DNA of 64,000 nucleotides from an uncultured Alphaproteobacteria bacterium (GTDB lineage: Bacteria > Pseudomonadota > Alphaproteobacteria > Rhizobiales > Xanthobacteraceae): positions 41,203-105,202 of the forward strand of contig CAVQGC010000001.1 of the NCBI GenBank assembly GCA_963711955.1, in the 5' to 3' direction. The translations under genes and the position numbers were made by a program. Under the pieces are notes generated by a model. The model had not been told where the DNA came from, did not search any database, and saw only the letters and a program-made list of their open reading frames with translations. Positions 63,030 to 64,000 of the stretch are shown here, one piece after another; the stretch's first letter is position 1, and the number at the start of each line of letters is the position of its first letter.

Positions 63030-63973
63030 TGGCCACGCTTCTCCTCGCCGAGCACGACAACAAGTCGCTCAAGGATTCCACCAGCAAGGCGCTCACCGCG
63101 GCGAAGCAGATCGGCGGCGACGTTCACGTCCTGGTCGCCGGCGGCGGCTGCAAGGCGGTGGCCGATGCGGCCGCCAAGCTCGACGGCGTCAAGAAGGTGC
63201 TGCTCGCCGACGCGCCGGCCTACGAGCACGCGCTCGCCGAGCCGCTCGCCGCGCTGATCGTCTCGCTCGCCGGCTCGTATGACGCGATCGTCGCGCCCGC
63301 CACCACCAACGGCAAGAACGTGATGCCGCGCGTCGCCGCGCTGCTCGACGTCATGCAGGTGTCGGAGGTCAGCAAGGTGATCGCGCCGGACACCTTCGAG
63401 CGTCCGATCTACGCCGGCAACGCGATCCAGACCGTGAAGTCGAAGGACGCCAAGAAAGTCATCACGGTGCGCACCTCGACCTTCCAGGCGACCGGCGAGG
63501 GCGGTTCCGCGCCGGTCGAGGCGGCCACCGCGGCGGCCGATCCGGGGATTTCGTCGTTCGTCGGCGAGGAACTGTCGAAGTCGGAGCGGCCGGAGCTGAC
63601 CTCGGCCAAGGTCATCATCTCCGGCGGCCGCGCCATGCAGAGCCGCGACAACTTCGCCAAGTACATCGAGCCGGTCGCCGACAAGCTCGGCGCCGCGGTC
63701 GGCGCCTCGCGCGCCGCGGTCGACGCCGGCTATGCGCCGAACGACTGGCAGGTCGGCCAGACCGGCAAGGTGGTGGCGCCGGAGCTTTACATCGCGGTCG
63801 GAATTTCCGGCGCGATCCAGCATCTTGCCGGGATGAAAGACTCCAAGGTGATTGTTGCTATCAACAAGGACGAAGAGGCGCCGATCTTCCAGGTCGCCGA
63901 CTACGGGCTGGTGGCGGACCTCTACCAGGCGCTGCCGGAGCTGGGCGCCGAACTGGACAAGATCAAGCGCTGA
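63029..63973 (+). CDS. etfA: Electron transfer flavoprotein alpha subunit
   Basis: [32 protein letters not shown]. Confidence 0.97.
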   Translation: MATLLLAEHDNKSLKDSTSKALTAAKQIGGDVHVLVAGGGCKAVADAAAKLDGVKKVLLADAPAYEHALAEPLAALIVSLAGSYDAIVAPATTNGKNVMPRVAALLDVMQVSEVSKVIAPDTFERPIYAGNAIQTVKSKDAKKVITVRTSTFQATGEGGSAPVEAATAAADPGISSFVGEELSKSERPELTSAKVIISGGRAMQSRDNFAKYIEPVADKLGAAVGASRAAVDAGYAPNDWQVGQTGKVVAPELYIAVGISGAIQHLAGMKDSKVIVAINKDEEAPIFQVADYGLVADLYQALPELGAELDKIKR

Positions 63974-64000
63974 AAATCGGATAGAGTTCGGGATCATCAT

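Overview
GC-rich alphaproteobacterial (Hyphomicrobiales, probably Xanthobacteraceae/Nitrobacteraceae-like) chromosomal window. Many genes are split by single-base frameshifts, most likely long-read consensus errors. From 1 to 41 kb it is a catabolic/transport region: MFS, TTT and ABC transporters, a Rieske dioxygenase cluster, two molybdo-hydroxylases, CoA transferase, MetF, an LVIVD protein with a COG0523 GTPase, an HD-domain/atypical P450/amidohydrolase/MetE-like/TPP-enzyme block, and a MauG-like di-heme protein. From 41 to 64 kb it is conserved core: tRNA-Leu(CAA), dsbB, HNH, alkA, gluQ, the ethylmalonyl-CoA genes ecm/ccr/mcd, an MCP, pduO and etfBA. At least nine REP-like palindrome doublets are present, several with a second repeat nested in the hairpin loop. 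The best candidates for something undescribed are (i) a promoter-preceded, heavily base-paired non-coding element of about 370 nt at 3493-3860, (ii) the HD-domain plus non-canonical P450 block that sits between the two halves of an ABC operon, and (iii) the LVIVD/COG0523 pair. No CRISPR array, rRNA, transposase or integrase was seen.
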